Shown here in pieces: positions 20,566-31,832 of a DNA stretch of 64,000 bases; position 1 is the stretch's first letter, and every line of letters begins with the position of its first letter. Source of the stretch: a virus. Lineage: Duplodnaviria; Heunggongvirae; Uroviricota; Caudoviricetes. A program made the translations under genes and the position numbers. The stretch is from the IMG/VR virus record IMGVR_UViG_3300027710_001079, positions 64,833 to 128,832 of that record; one strand, written 5' to 3'. Under the pieces are notes generated by a model, which did not search any database, was not told the origin of the DNA, and saw only the letters and a list, made by a program, of their open reading frames with translations.

Positions 20566-23295
20566 TTATTCAACTAGTAGTGCGTTTCCGTCAGAGTCAG
20601 TAATAATGATACCGTCTGGACCAGCCAGCACATTTAATGGTTGTACATCATCAACATTCTTAATTGGGAACTTGAGATATTTATCGCCACTGTAATCTAG
20701 TGTTTGATCAATAATTAATCTGTCAACTTCGAAATCAATTAATTTAAAGTCAAATCCATTGAGCTCAATCTTTCTTTTAATTTTATAACCTTCACCAGGC
20801 AACGCATAACAAATTGGCATTGCTTTAATAAAGCCTAACGGTGCTCCAGTTGCCTGTTGAATAGTTCTCATAAATCTAGGACGTAAATATTCGTCTACTT
20901 TAATAGTTTTGCCGTATATTTGAACGCTTTCGAGACTATTTTGCCAGTTTTCGATGCTATTACTGTATAAATTGACCAGCCCCTGATTAATTAAGAAACT
21001 GATATTATCGGGACTTTTTCCTAACATATTGCTTTGACTGTCAATAATATCAACATATACTAGATCGTAAACATAATTTCCCTGCTCATCTTCTGCAGGA
21101 ATTGTTTTTACATCTCCAAAGTAAAATCTTTTGTTGTAAAAATAATTCTGTAGCCCTACTACATACTCAGCTAAGTTTAATCTTTCAATTCCGTATTCTA
21201 AAGTCATTCGAATATCTTTTTGTAAACCAAATGCAGGGTCTGCTGGGCGATATAATACTTTAGGATCAAATACATCTCTGTTATTAATAAAATCTCTGTA
21301 GACTTTTCGGCGTTGGCGTGCCATAAATGGACGCATATACACACTGCTAAACGGAGTAGGATCATTATCACCGATAAGAATTGTAAACTCTTGATCAATT
21401 GTTGCTAGTCGATAAGCATTAGTAGCTTCTACGGTGAACGTATATGCACGATCAAAGGTAGTTCCGCCACCGTCAATGGTAAATTCTGTAGGTTGATAGT
21501 AATCAACTTCAGTAGTTCCACCATAAGGAATTTTTCCTACAATACTTCCGTCATTCTTAAATTCTAAACCTGCAGGCAATTCACCTTCTACAAACCTATA
21601 TTGAATTCCTAAGTCAGGTAAATTCTCATGTTGTGCTACTACTGATAGCTCGCTTTGATATCCTGCTGCAATTGTACCTACGGTGGATGTAGTAATCCAT
21701 TGTAAATCGGTGTTTACACTGCCTTGTAGTCTTAATTGAAATACTCTATCGCTTTTACTTTGATCTCCAGTTTTGGGATCAGTTTTAATCATCCTAATAG
21801 TAAATTTGTAATCTTCACTATATGCAGGTATGTATGGAATTTGTCCGTATAAGTCTCCGGACGTTTCATTTAAATTAAATCCAGGCGGCTTTTGACTCTC
21901 ACTTCCAATGAATAGAATAGTGTTGTCTGGAATGTCGTCTCTTAATGTAGTGTCGTATACTACAGTATCGCCTACAAGTACAGGACTGTGTTTAATACCA
22001 ATCACACACGTTGAAGTAGTTCCTGTTACTGAACTAATTGTATAAGTGGTATCGTATATTGCATCAGGTACATATGTGTCTAATCTAAGTAATTGTCCAA
22101 CTTGAGGTAAGCTAGACACACTCTTTAAATGTACTTCACTCATACCGGCACGATTATACTTAGGCAAAAAGTCTGCACTTTCCCAAGTTGTCCCGTTCCA
22201 GACATAGCTGACAGTTTCATCTAATACATTGTACAAATCACCGATAGTATTAACTAATGGCAATTCGGCAAATGTATCAACTACACCTCTTACAGTTACA
22301 GGAAGACCACTAGGTCCGGTATTATACTGAGTATCAGCAATTGCTCGAACTTCTGGATTTACACTGATATTATCCCAAATCCAATTAACTGCACCTAGTT
22401 CGGGGTGCGGATCGTATGTTTGTATCCTAACAATTTGATAGTTAGCAGCACGACGAATACCTAAGTTTGCTGGACTTAACCAAGCTGGTGCATACAAGTA
22501 ACTGTCTCCTGCTTGGAAACATCTTGCATCTGCTGAAATATACCCTGTGTCTGCACGTAAACTGTTTACGTCAACTACTTGCAATTTAAATAATTTACGA
22601 CTACTATTGAAACCGTCAGTTGCAGTTACATAGAATTGATAAATTTTCTTAATGTACTTTGGACGATTAGTTTTATTTTCAATAATGAAAGCACTATCAT
22701 ACGGATAACGATCATATTTTTCAGTATCATATCCGTTACCTGAAACGCCGACTGGCTCTTCTTGCACAGTTATCTCGTCAATGATACCAGTTAGTCTACC
22801 GTCTTCGTTCAGTTTTATTCCTTTAGGTAGTTGTCCGTCACCGTCTGCAATATAATACCTTAGTTTCATATTTTCAAACAAGACATTGGCTACTGCGGAC
22901 AATTGATAATCTACAATATGTTCGTTGACTGCAAAGCACTCACCGCTAGTTCCTACTGCTAAAAATCCACTAGGAGTTACCCAGACTGGATCTTGATTAC
23001 TAGTTACATCTACTGAAAAAGTACGGTCAGCTACACCCTGTGCATTTTTTGCACGAACTACAAATTGACTTCTAATTGTAGAAGGTACACTCATAGGGTT
23101 TCCAATAATAAACCCAGTTGTAGTAGTTGATGTAGCGGTAGTTACTAATTGTAAAACCATTCCGTCTGGAAGCTTCCCGCTGATAACACTAAATGTAGAT
23201 CCGGTGCCTTCGACTGAAAATGGTATATTAACAGCAGTTCGTTCTGTTAACGTGCCCAGGAACCCCGCATTGGTAATCCATACTGGTGCTGTCAT
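20566..23295 (-). CDS. Putative baseplate/tail protein with Ig/cadherin-like repeats
   Basis: Repeated P-x-W-x-T-x-x-G...G-x-LP-x-G...F-T-V-x-A modules. Confidence 0.6.
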   Translation of the reverse strand: MTAPVWITNAGFLGTLTERTAVNIPFSVEGTGSTFSVISGKLPDGMVLQLVTTATSTTTTGFIIGNPMSVPSTIRSQFVVRAKNAQGVADRTFSVDVTSNQDPVWVTPSGFLAVGTSGECFAVNEHIVDYQLSAVANVLFENMKLRYYIADGDGQLPKGIKLNEDGRLTGIIDEITVQEEPVGVSGNGYDTEKYDRYPYDSAFIIENKTNRPKYIKKIYQFYVTATDGFNSSRKLFKLQVVDVNSLRADTGYISADARCFQAGDSYLYAPAWLSPANLGIRRAANYQIVRIQTYDPHPELGAVNWIWDNISVNPEVRAIADTQYNTGPSGLPVTVRGVVDTFAELPLVNTIGDLYNVLDETVSYVWNGTTWESADFLPKYNRAGMSEVHLKSVSSLPQVGQLLRLDTYVPDAIYDTTYTISSVTGTTSTCVIGIKHSPVLVGDTVVYDTTLRDDIPDNTILFIGSESQKPPGFNLNETSGDLYGQIPYIPAYSEDYKFTIRMIKTDPKTGDQSKSDRVFQLRLQGSVNTDLQWITTSTVGTIAAGYQSELSVVAQHENLPDLGIQYRFVEGELPAGLEFKNDGSIVGKIPYGGTTEVDYYQPTEFTIDGGGTTFDRAYTFTVEATNAYRLATIDQEFTILIGDNDPTPFSSVYMRPFMARQRRKVYRDFINNRDVFDPKVLYRPADPAFGLQKDIRMTLEYGIERLNLAEYVVGLQNYFYNKRFYFGDVKTIPAEDEQGNYVYDLVYVDIIDSQSNMLGKSPDNISFLINQGLVNLYSNSIENWQNSLESVQIYGKTIKVDEYLRPRFMRTIQQATGAPLGFIKAMPICYALPGEGYKIKRKIELNGFDFKLIDFEVDRLIIDQTLDYSGDKYLKFPIKNVDDVQPLNVLAGPDGIIITDSDGNALLVE

Positions 23296-23296
23296 A

Positions 23297-23821
23297 TTAT
23301 AACCTAAACAAACTTACTTGAGCACGCCACGAAATTACATTAGTAGCAGTCAGTCCAGAAACATTATAGGCCTGGACTCTAACTCGATTGTCATAAATTG
23401 ATGTATCTACAATATCCCAGTTTGCATTGCTAGTACTACCATTTTCGAACAAGCTCACAATTCCTGTGCCCAACACATGACTTGTAGTACTGTTCCACGT
23501 TACCATATAGCTGCTTCCAGAATCTTGTGTATCAGTAGTCTGATTCTCGGCTAGGATATCTATGCTGGCACCCCTGTATATTCTTTTATCAAATTCAAAA
23601 AGTTGTACAGCCGTAGAGTTGTCTCCTGGTAAGGTAAATGTTCCTCCGAATGATTGTAATTCAATGGCAGGAACTTCACCGCTGTCACTAATAACAACAG
23701 ATGATGTACTGGAACTTTGAACTTGTGCAAAGTTTTGATTAATTTTGTGGAATGCTACTCGGAGACTGTCACCGTCTCCTTTGTTTGCACTTGTTCCAGT
23801 GTTGATGTATTGTAATGCCAT
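23297..23821 (-). CDS. Virion protein with a T4 gp10-like N-terminus
   Basis: INTGTSANKGDGDSLRVAFHKINQNF resembles the T4 gp10 N-terminal INIG..DDGTGD.LR....KINENF. Confidence 0.6.
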   Translation of the reverse strand: MALQYINTGTSANKGDGDSLRVAFHKINQNFAQVQSSSTSSVVISDSGEVPAIELQSFGGTFTLPGDNSTAVQLFEFDKRIYRGASIDILAENQTTDTQDSGSSYMVTWNSTTSHVLGTGIVSLFENGSTSNANWDIVDTSIYDNRVRVQAYNVSGLTATNVISWRAQVSLFRL

Positions 23822-26800
23822 TAAATTCTCCCTACTACAACTTCAATGACGCCAATTGTTTGACCATCATAATCTTCTAATGCTTTGCCAATTACTGAAC
23901 CCATTGCAGGATTCTTTTCAGCAGTTGCAACACCCGGAGCACCACTAGAAATTAACATATCGCCTTTGCGTACTTTGCCTACAACTTTACATGGTACACG
24001 ACCAGTTAGTGCAATAAAAATTCCGCCTTCTAATTCGGCATTCATTTTAAACGCCGGATTGGTTGCAACTACTCCAGCAATCCTGCGGTCCATAAATTCT
24101 ACCGCAGCAGTAACTTCTTTTGCACCTCCAAACACCATAACAGTGCCCGGCTCATAGTGTGCATCTGGCAAATATTTTTCAGCCAAGTCACCGTATTTTG
24201 CATAGTAAGCAGTACCGTATACTGTTCCAAACAAGTTGTCGCTTTGACCAATGTCTCCAACTCCGTTAGTACCGCTCTTTGTGATACTAGGAACAGTTGG
24301 AGTACCGGTTATGTTACCGCTAAATGTTGCAGTAACAGTACCTGCATTAAAGTTACCACTGCCGTCTCTAAACACTAATGTACTTGCACTATTAGAGCTT
24401 GTACCGTTAGAAGTAACAGTGAATGTTTGAGTCTCACCAGTTGTACTACCGCTTAGACCATAGCCGCTAGTTGCACCAGTAGCAACATAATCACCAGCAG
24501 TATCTGTTCCAAGTGCCACACTATTTGCTGAGATAGTTGTTGCAATATTAATGCCAGCTGATCCGCTAAAACTTGCAGTACCAGTTACATCGCCGCTCAG
24601 TTGAATAGTAACAGCAGCATCTAAACTTTGTGCAGTAGTTGCAGTTCCTTGGAATCGGTTTGCATATACATTAACATAACGCTTGCCGTTCTCACCAATG
24701 TCGTATGTTAAGTTTGCACTTGGTTCTAATTTCTGTGTAACTAGAGTACCAACCATAGTGTCGCCACTGGTGTTTACATAATTAAGTTCAGTCCAACGTT
24801 TGTTTGTTGCGTCTTTATCAGCAACAGGATCAGCCATGTTAACAATACGGTTGTCTCCCATCTTGATAGTGTCGAGCATTTCTAAAACGCCTCCACGATC
24901 TAAGAATCCATTACCGATTGGACTGACACCTGCCGTTGTATTGTTTCGGTTTAGGCCTAAACGGCTATTAACATAAGTTTGAATAGCACGTTCAGTTGGA
25001 ACACTGTTATTGCTGTTGCCGCCCATTGTGCCGTCAACGCTAAACACCTGTACTAATGTTTGACCACGTTTAAAGCTAATGCCGTCTACATTGGTCAAAC
25101 TAATCGGAGCACTGATACTAACAGTACCGCGACCTTGGTCAACACTAAAGAACTTACCAACTTTGAAGTTACCGTCTTGGTCAGTAGTAGCATAGTATAC
25201 ACGACCTTTTCCTACTTCTTGAGTTTCTAATGCCGCATCTGGCGGATTGTTTGGAGGTCCGTATAGATCGTTTGGATACTTACTGTCAGCATAGCCGCCT
25301 GTACCAACGTTCAACATGTCGTGTCCAGTAACACGCATAGTAGAAATACGTACAGTGATATCACCTGCCTGGTTAGCTGTAATACCTGCTTTCAATGCTG
25401 TAGATAAAACTTGATGTTGTAGGGCGGAACCATCACTGACTCTCTCAACAACAATTTCACCCCATTCGTTATAAGTCTCGTCGCTGTTAATATAGTCTGT
25501 AATTTTATACAAATTACCTGCATGACCAAACACAAAATAGTAAGGAGTACTTGCAGTTAGACCAGCACCAATCCTTGCTTGATCTTCAGCGTCAATGTCA
25601 ACAACTTTAATTCTGTTATTACCAGTTTCACCATCTGGGTAGGCTGTTACAGTGGCTGTAGCAGAACCTCCGGTGATTGTGATATTTCTAACACTGGTTC
25701 CGGCGTAGCCTGCACCTTGATTAGTTAAAATAACTTTAAAAATTTGACCACTGCTGTTAGCTTTTCCGTAACCAACTGCTTGTGTTCCGGAGAATGTTAA
25801 TCCAGTGCCGTTCGTCCATGTCCATGTTCGGTCAACTCTAACCTGTGTAGAACTAGAATTAACCCAAGTTACATAAGTTGCAGCACCGTTAGGATCAGTT
25901 CCGCCGGATGTTAAAGTTACACGGCTACCTATCATTATAGTTCCGCTTGCACCACTGATAGTAATTAAATCAGTGTCTGTTGCGGTACCATTAACTGATG
26001 CTGTTCCTGCTGTACTTGGTGCAGGTATTGTTGCAGTATAATTTGTAGTAGTCGAACCAAATCCAGCACCACCGCTGGTAATTGTCAGTGTACCTAAGCC
26101 TTGTCTATATAAACCGTTGCTCTCAGTCCATGGAGTTAAGTTGATATAATTGTAAGGAGTATCACTTTCTGCAAGTGCAGTATCTCCACCTAAGTCTGTA
26201 TATTTTAATATACGATAAACATATGTCGGGTCTTCGTCTAATGTCAATACAGTACTAGGTCGGCTTAATGTTGCTGCATTTACATCTAATAATTCTTGAT
26301 TGTAATATACACGTAGAGTAGCTTTCTCACCGTTAGCAATTGCCGCTCTTAGTCCTTGTCCTTGTCCGTCATCTAATGATAGAGAATACACAGTACTGTC
26401 AAATGTGTCTTGTACCGCACTCTTAACATTATAAAGAACAACAGTTCCGCTATGGTTAACTTCAAGTTGACTCTGTGCAATAGGTGCGTAAGACAAACCA
26501 GTTACATACAAGGTTGCATCTTCGGCTTTGTTTGTGTATGTGCCTGCTGCGGTGATTGTAGCAATCTGGCTAGTAGCACGTTTGTTTCTTACTGCAATTG
26601 GCACTTCAGTTGGATCGCTGCCTTCTGACTTAAGACCGTTTAGACCGTAGGAAGTAGAACCAGCAATACTACGACATTGAGCACCATTTAAAGAATAGTA
26701 CGCACTATAGCAGTAGTAAGTAAACATGGAAACGTTTTCTACTAAACCACCGTTAGTTGCAAAAATACCGTAGCCTAAGTCATTCATCTGTGTGAAGTCG

Positions 26801-29800
26801 TTAGCCAACATACTTCTATTACCAGCAGTGATTAAAGTAATCTCGCTTGGTAAAGGATGTGCCGGTGTTACAATAAACCCAGATTTAATTGTGGCCACAT
26901 ACGCTAGTCCAGTACCAAATGTTACATATGGATCTGAATTATACCCGCTACCTTCTGTGCTAATAGTAATACCAGTAATTGCACCATTACCGTCTACACT
27001 AGCCACTGTTGCGGCAGCATTTGTGCCACCGGAACTTGGGAAGTTGATAACTGTTCCGATTGCGTATCCGACGCCGCCGTCAATAATTTCGTAACCAGTA
27101 ATTGCACCTGAACTATTTCTAGTCCAGCTGATTCGAGCACCACCGATAACAATATTTGGGCAACCTTCAGTTGTTCCAAAGGTGAACGAACCGTTTGCAT
27201 ATCCTGATCCCGGGAATGATATAGAAACACTGGCAACATTACCAGTCACTCCGATCACCGCAGTACCAGTTGCATTTAAGCCACCAGCTTGTGTTGGAGC
27301 ACTGAATCTTACCGGAACAGTTCCTGCATTGGCTTTAAATCCTGTAGCAATATTTCCTGCATTAGTAATAGAAGCAATACCGCCTGGACGTAACGGATTT
27401 AGGTTTAAACTACCAGTACCATTTGTTGGATTAAAGTTACTGACAAAGCTGACTTCGTATGTAACACCGCTGTGAACAAAGAAGCAAGGAACTTGCGGAC
27501 GTATAAATCCTTCACCGGGCACAACACTTGGACGACCAATGCTGCCAGTAGTTAATGCTGAATTAATTTTTACTGGGTAGCCTGTACCTGTTGCAGTCGT
27601 AATGCTAGCAGGAGTCATTTTAGTATTGCCGGAGAATCCGTCAATAAACATACCGCCTGCAAATACGTGTCTGTTTTTGCTCTTAGAGAAACTAGAAGCA
27701 GTTTGGGTATATGGAGACTTAGCAAGAATTTGACCGTCTGGGTCAAGTACCTTCATGAAGCCGCCATGTCCTTGACAACTAATATATCGATTAATGGTTG
27801 CATCGTTCATTAAGAACACATCCATCTGGTCGTTATACTTAGGAGGGTTAAATGCCGGATCGTTGTTAACGATGCGTGAGCAGGCCTGCACTAAGTCTGC
27901 TAAGATAGCATCGGACCCACTACTGACTAATGTTCCGCCAACTGGATCAGTAAACACTTGGTCTTCAACTGTTTGATAAGAAGTAACAGGTTGTTGATTC
28001 TTAATAATACGTTGACCAATTGTGTTAATATGATTAATAACTGCAACAGTTGCTGTAATTGCAGTAGTTACATAACTGTCACCAGCATTGATGGTGCGAT
28101 TATCACCACCGTTAATTAAGTCATAGGCAATTGAATCGATAACAAATCCTATGTCTTTATTGAACTTAGTTTCGTCAAATACATAGCTAGGATATATTGT
28201 ATCTAAGAACCCAACACATTCTGCTTTAATAAATTCTTTGTTGAGTAATAAAATATCACCAGCATTGTTATAACCACCACTGTTAGTTTGTGTAGTTAAT
28301 GTATTAACTGGACGGCTAGCATCTCTTAGATAATGATATCCGTATTTGTACGGCTCGTATATATGCCAATCACCGTAAGCAATGGTGTTACCTACTGTAT
28401 AATTGTACGCACTCTTTTCAAAATTAACTTCGTTCTGTGCTAGAGAAACTGCAAAAGTATTGCTGCTTACTGCTCGAACTTCACCTTGTGCAGAAACAGT
28501 ACCACTGGTTTTGAAAATCTTTCCTATCCAATTAGTACTAACAACTCCTGCATCTACAGTAACAGTGACAGTTTTTGTAACTGGGTCATTATCAGTTGAG
28601 CTAATAGTAACGCCTGCTGCACCTGCATAATCAGTCGCAGTGTTTAATTGTGTTACAATAATTCCGTCAATCTGTGCATCTCTAAAGAAATATGTGTTAG
28701 CCCACTTAGAACTACTGATACCAGGAAGTCTTGTTCCAACTAATGGTGCTGGCTTGATAACACTTCGGCGGAATTCATCACCACGGATAGAACAGTTTTC
28801 TGGAACCTTAATCGGGTATTGATCGTTGTGCTCACCTGACTCTACCATAATGGTAGATTGATTTTTGTTCTGTTTTTGACCCCACTGTAACTCTTCATTT
28901 AATTCAAAGTCGGCAGCATAAACATGCCACTTATCATAGTCAACAACATCTCCGTCTTGAAGCCCTAAACCATCTTTAAACTCGACTACAATAGTATCTC
29001 TTACGTTTTGATCATCATCTAGTTCTTGGATGATTCTACTGATATATCCGTAGCTTTTAACTCCGTAGCTAGCGTCAGTAATAACAAATTTATAACCAAT
29101 CCAGAAATCTGGAATATCAATGCTATCTGCAACGTCTAATAAGAACGCACATTCTGTAATAGCACCACCAGATGTTACATATGCATTGTAGCTAAACGGT
29201 TCTGGCTCAACAGCCATACGATACGGTTTAGCGTAATCAACTGGGGTAATGTCATAATATTCGTAACCGTTTACATCGTCAAGAGTAATAGCTTCAACTA
29301 GACCAATTGCTTCGCTACTTGCACCAATGATGTAGTTTCCTGGGAAAATGCTTTTATTGATAAATGGGTCTGATCCAATATTAAAACTAGCCGGATCTAA
29401 TGTTAATCTTAAACGGATTCCAAAAGAGCTAGTGTCTAACAGTGTACTAGGTGCAATAGAAGTAACAACAGGATTTGCTACGCCGTTACTCATTGAAATA
29501 GTTTTTTGGTAAGGTCCTAGTACAATTTGGCTCGCTGCAATAAACTGTTCTGCTGCTGCTGCGGCACGATTAACTGTTTTAAATGCATATGCAAATGCAC
29601 GACCTCTCTTATAGCTAGGTAAAGAATATTGATGGTCGTCTCCACTTAAACTTACAAAGAAGTTCTGTCGACTTGCAAAACCACTGTTATCAACTAGTTC
29701 GTCGACATATGCTTTGTTAACAATGTGTGTAGAACTTGTAGGGCTTGCTAACAATGCTACATTGTCTCGAATGGTGCTTAACCCGTTATAAATGCTTTCA

Positions 29801-30288
29801 CTAACACTGGTATTATCGTATCTAGTAATACCGTCGCGATTAACAAAGTTCTCAAACACCCATTTACGACTAACTGCATCCCAGTCTGCATGTGGGCCTG
29901 TGTTGTCCATGTTAATAATACTGAAGGCATTTTCACCGCTGATATCTGCTGCCAGTGTCGGATTCTTATCACTTGATAAGCTAGATGCGGTATTAATGAT
30001 TCTAATTTCAGTTGAGCTTGTAACAAAATCAATGTTGATACCTGTGCCAGCTACTAAAATTTTATTAAGGAATTTATTACCTTCTGCGTTAACTTGTAAA
30101 ATAGCATTGGGTCTTAATGTGCTAGGAGCTTCCTTGAGTCTTAAAAAGCTGAATCCGGCACCAAAACCCAACAATGTATAGATGTCTGTGAAGTTAGAGT
30201 TAACTTTCTGAAAAGCTGCATAGACGCTGTCGCCTGTTCCATCGTTTGGCTCGCTACCGATATTGATGATCTGTTGATTTAGTGGCAT
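23821..30288 (-). CDS. Giant tail fibre/baseplate-attached protein (2155 aa)
   Basis: gp10-like N-terminus INIGSEPNDGTGD; GxGY-type repeats; C-terminal GDLAEKY...IALTGRVP domain; ATAAATA at 30310-30316. Confidence 0.75.
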   Translation of the reverse strand: MPLNQQIINIGSEPNDGTGDSVYAAFQKVNSNFTDIYTLLGFGAGFSFLRLKEAPSTLRPNAILQVNAEGNKFLNKILVAGTGINIDFVTSSTEIRIINTASSLSSDKNPTLAADISGENAFSIINMDNTGPHADWDAVSRKWVFENFVNRDGITRYDNTSVSESIYNGLSTIRDNVALLASPTSSTHIVNKAYVDELVDNSGFASRQNFFVSLSGDDHQYSLPSYKRGRAFAYAFKTVNRAAAAAEQFIAASQIVLGPYQKTISMSNGVANPVVTSIAPSTLLDTSSFGIRLRLTLDPASFNIGSDPFINKSIFPGNYIIGASSEAIGLVEAITLDDVNGYEYYDITPVDYAKPYRMAVEPEPFSYNAYVTSGGAITECAFLLDVADSIDIPDFWIGYKFVITDASYGVKSYGYISRIIQELDDDQNVRDTIVVEFKDGLGLQDGDVVDYDKWHVYAADFELNEELQWGQKQNKNQSTIMVESGEHNDQYPIKVPENCSIRGDEFRRSVIKPAPLVGTRLPGISSSKWANTYFFRDAQIDGIIVTQLNTATDYAGAAGVTISSTDNDPVTKTVTVTVDAGVVSTNWIGKIFKTSGTVSAQGEVRAVSSNTFAVSLAQNEVNFEKSAYNYTVGNTIAYGDWHIYEPYKYGYHYLRDASRPVNTLTTQTNSGGYNNAGDILLLNKEFIKAECVGFLDTIYPSYVFDETKFNKDIGFVIDSIAYDLINGGDNRTINAGDSYVTTAITATVAVINHINTIGQRIIKNQQPVTSYQTVEDQVFTDPVGGTLVSSGSDAILADLVQACSRIVNNDPAFNPPKYNDQMDVFLMNDATINRYISCQGHGGFMKVLDPDGQILAKSPYTQTASSFSKSKNRHVFAGGMFIDGFSGNTKMTPASITTATGTGYPVKINSALTTGSIGRPSVVPGEGFIRPQVPCFFVHSGVTYEVSFVSNFNPTNGTGSLNLNPLRPGGIASITNAGNIATGFKANAGTVPVRFSAPTQAGGLNATGTAVIGVTGNVASVSISFPGSGYANGSFTFGTTEGCPNIVIGGARISWTRNSSGAITGYEIIDGGVGYAIGTVINFPSSGGTNAAATVASVDGNGAITGITISTEGSGYNSDPYVTFGTGLAYVATIKSGFIVTPAHPLPSEITLITAGNRSMLANDFTQMNDLGYGIFATNGGLVENVSMFTYYCYSAYYSLNGAQCRSIAGSTSYGLNGLKSEGSDPTEVPIAVRNKRATSQIATITAAGTYTNKAEDATLYVTGLSYAPIAQSQLEVNHSGTVVLYNVKSAVQDTFDSTVYSLSLDDGQGQGLRAAIANGEKATLRVYYNQELLDVNAATLSRPSTVLTLDEDPTYVYRILKYTDLGGDTALAESDTPYNYINLTPWTESNGLYRQGLGTLTITSGGAGFGSTTTNYTATIPAPSTAGTASVNGTATDTDLITISGASGTIMIGSRVTLTSGGTDPNGAATYVTWVNSSSTQVRVDRTWTWTNGTGLTFSGTQAVGYGKANSSGQIFKVILTNQGAGYAGTSVRNITITGGSATATVTAYPDGETGNNRIKVVDIDAEDQARIGAGLTASTPYYFVFGHAGNLYKITDYINSDETYNEWGEIVVERVSDGSALQHQVLSTALKAGITANQAGDITVRISTMRVTGHDMLNVGTGGYADSKYPNDLYGPPNNPPDAALETQEVGKGRVYYATTDQDGNFKVGKFFSVDQGRGTVSISAPISLTNVDGISFKRGQTLVQVFSVDGTMGGNSNNSVPTERAIQTYVNSRLGLNRNNTTAGVSPIGNGFLDRGGVLEMLDTIKMGDNRIVNMADPVADKDATNKRWTELNYVNTSGDTMVGTLVTQKLEPSANLTYDIGENGKRYVNVYANRFQGTATTAQSLDAAVTIQLSGDVTGTASFSGSAGINIATTISANSVALGTDTAGDYVATGATSGYGLSGSTTGETQTFTVTSNGTSSNSASTLVFRDGSGNFNAGTVTATFSGNITGTPTVPSITKSGTNGVGDIGQSDNLFGTVYGTAYYAKYGDLAEKYLPDAHYEPGTVMVFGGAKEVTAAVEFMDRRIAGVVATNPAFKMNAELEGGIFIALTGRVPCKVVGKVRKGDMLISSGAPGVATAEKNPAMGSVIGKALEDYDGQTIGVIEVVVGRI

Positions 30289-30449
30289 AATTTCCTCTGT
30301 ACTACACCATATTTATTCTGGTAAAATTCTGTCAAAATAACAGCAGGTAGTATTCTACAAGTATTTATTTTAAGTTACTCAAAGGGTGTTAAATGAAATT
30401 CCTGTAATAGTAAATAAAGTATCGAGTTAATACTTTTAAGGAGATATCG

Positions 30450-30794
30450 ATGTTTAAAGCAATTAAAGAATTCTTCCTAGGCAAGCCAGTTGAAACACCG
30501 GCAGCACCCAAGGTTGAAGAAACAAAGCCTGTACAGGCAAATGATGTGCCACTGCAACCAGTTGTTGAAGAAGTTCAACCGGTAGTAGAGGCAAAGGTTG
30601 ATCCGGTATCAGTCGCATTGGATTTAGAACCAATGGATTTTGCAACCGCTACTACTCCGGTAACTGCTAAGAAGCCACGTAAACCACGTGCTCCTAAAGC
30701 TGTGGTTGCAACTCCGGCAAAAGCAACAAAACCTAAAGCAGAAAAAGCTGCACCAAAAAAGGTAGCAGCAATTAAAGTAAAGAAGGTAAAATAA
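30450..30794 (+). CDS. Lys/Ala/Pro-rich protein with an H1-like basic tail
   Basis: PAKATKPKAEKAAPKKVAAIKVKKVK; AAGGAG SD; TAAATA at 30411-30416. Confidence 0.8.
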   Translation: MFKAIKEFFLGKPVETPAAPKVEETKPVQANDVPLQPVVEEVQPVVEAKVDPVSVALDLEPMDFATATTPVTAKKPRKPRAPKAVVATPAKATKPKAEKAAPKKVAAIKVKKVK

Positions 30795-30820
30795 AAAGGG
30801 CTCTTAGAGCCCTTTTTATT
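30790..30820. terminator. Bidirectional intrinsic terminator
   Basis: AATAAAAAGGGCTC-TTA-GAGCCCTTTTTATT perfect 14-bp stem between convergent genes. Confidence 0.9.
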
Positions 30821-31832
30821 TGGTTAAACTATATTCGTATAGTGCCTTAGAGGCTAAGTTTTTAGCTTTAGACTCACACATAATATCAAAGTCTTTCCTG
30901 AAAGTTAAGGCCCAATCATTAACTGACTTGTTCCAATAGAAGTTACTGTGTGCTCTCATTTTCTGTTTTTTGTAACCGTTTTCTAGCAACAATGCATGAT
31001 CAGGTAACGTAATTGGACAATGACCTACTAGCACATCTTCCCTGCTAACACTATAATGAATAACAGGGCGAACACCACGCCATGATTCGATTACACGCTT
31101 ACATCTATCGTCGGTGGCTTGAATGTACTCTCCTGTACGGATCCAGTGATGGTGTATATCAAGTACGAGGGCACAATGTTTTGCGAGTTCGATGCTCGAG
31201 TCGATGCCCCAGCAGTTTTCGTCGTTTTCGATTGTGATGCAGTTTCTTGCTTCTGGGGATAACTTTCCCAATGCGTCAATGATGCCTTCGGGACCGCGTT
31301 TACCCGAGATGTGAACATTGATTTTAAGATCTTGGAAGGTCTTACCGAAACCCATCCAGCGGGCCATATCCACATGATATTCAAACTCCTCAATTGAACG
31401 TTCTACAATGCCGGGATTTTCACTAGCCAGCACAGTGAACTGACCAGGATGAAATGACAAGCGAACGTTATTAGTGCGAGCCAAAGCACCCACTTGGGCG
31501 AAGTGCTTTTCCGCATAAGCACGAACGTCTGGTAGACGCCAAAAGTAGCTATAATCAGGCTGGGTATAGACAGGAAGTATATCACTGCTAATACGAACCA
31601 TTCGTAGAGATTCATCTAATGTACCTACTTTTTCTACCAGCTTACGGACAGCTTCAATATTACCTTTCATCAGGTCCCACAGCTTTTCCTCTGCAACTAA
31701 TTGGCTTTGACGTTTAAGCCAAGCCACAGTAGTAGATCCTGTGTTATATTGTTTAGCATCATCAGTAGATTTAATACCGTCAACTTGACCAGCATGATCA
31801 ATCCACTTGCAGGCAAAGCCTATTTTACCCAT
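30816..31832 (-). CDS. uvsE: UV-damage endonuclease
   Basis: KIGFACK, RISSDILP, RLSFHPGQF, ITIENDE and LDIHHH motifs; start corrected to MGKIG. Confidence 0.92.
   Translation of the reverse strand: MGKIGFACKWIDHAGQVDGIKSTDDAKQYNTGSTTVAWLKRQSQLVAEEKLWDLMKGNIEAVRKLVEKVGTLDESLRMVRISSDILPVYTQPDYSYFWRLPDVRAYAEKHFAQVGALARTNNVRLSFHPGQFTVLASENPGIVERSIEEFEYHVDMARWMGFGKTFQDLKINVHISGKRGPEGIIDALGKLSPEARNCITIENDENCWGIDSSIELAKHCALVLDIHHHWIRTGEYIQATDDRCKRVIESWRGVRPVIHYSVSREDVLVGHCPITLPDHALLLENGYKKQKMRAHSNFYWNKSVNDWALTFRKDFDIMCESKAKNLASKALYEYSLTK

Noticed and set aside
30307-30335. TTGACA on the minus strand upstream of the 2155-aa gene
   Set aside because: No acceptable -10 box at 17 nt; the TAAATA at 30310-30315 explains the site better
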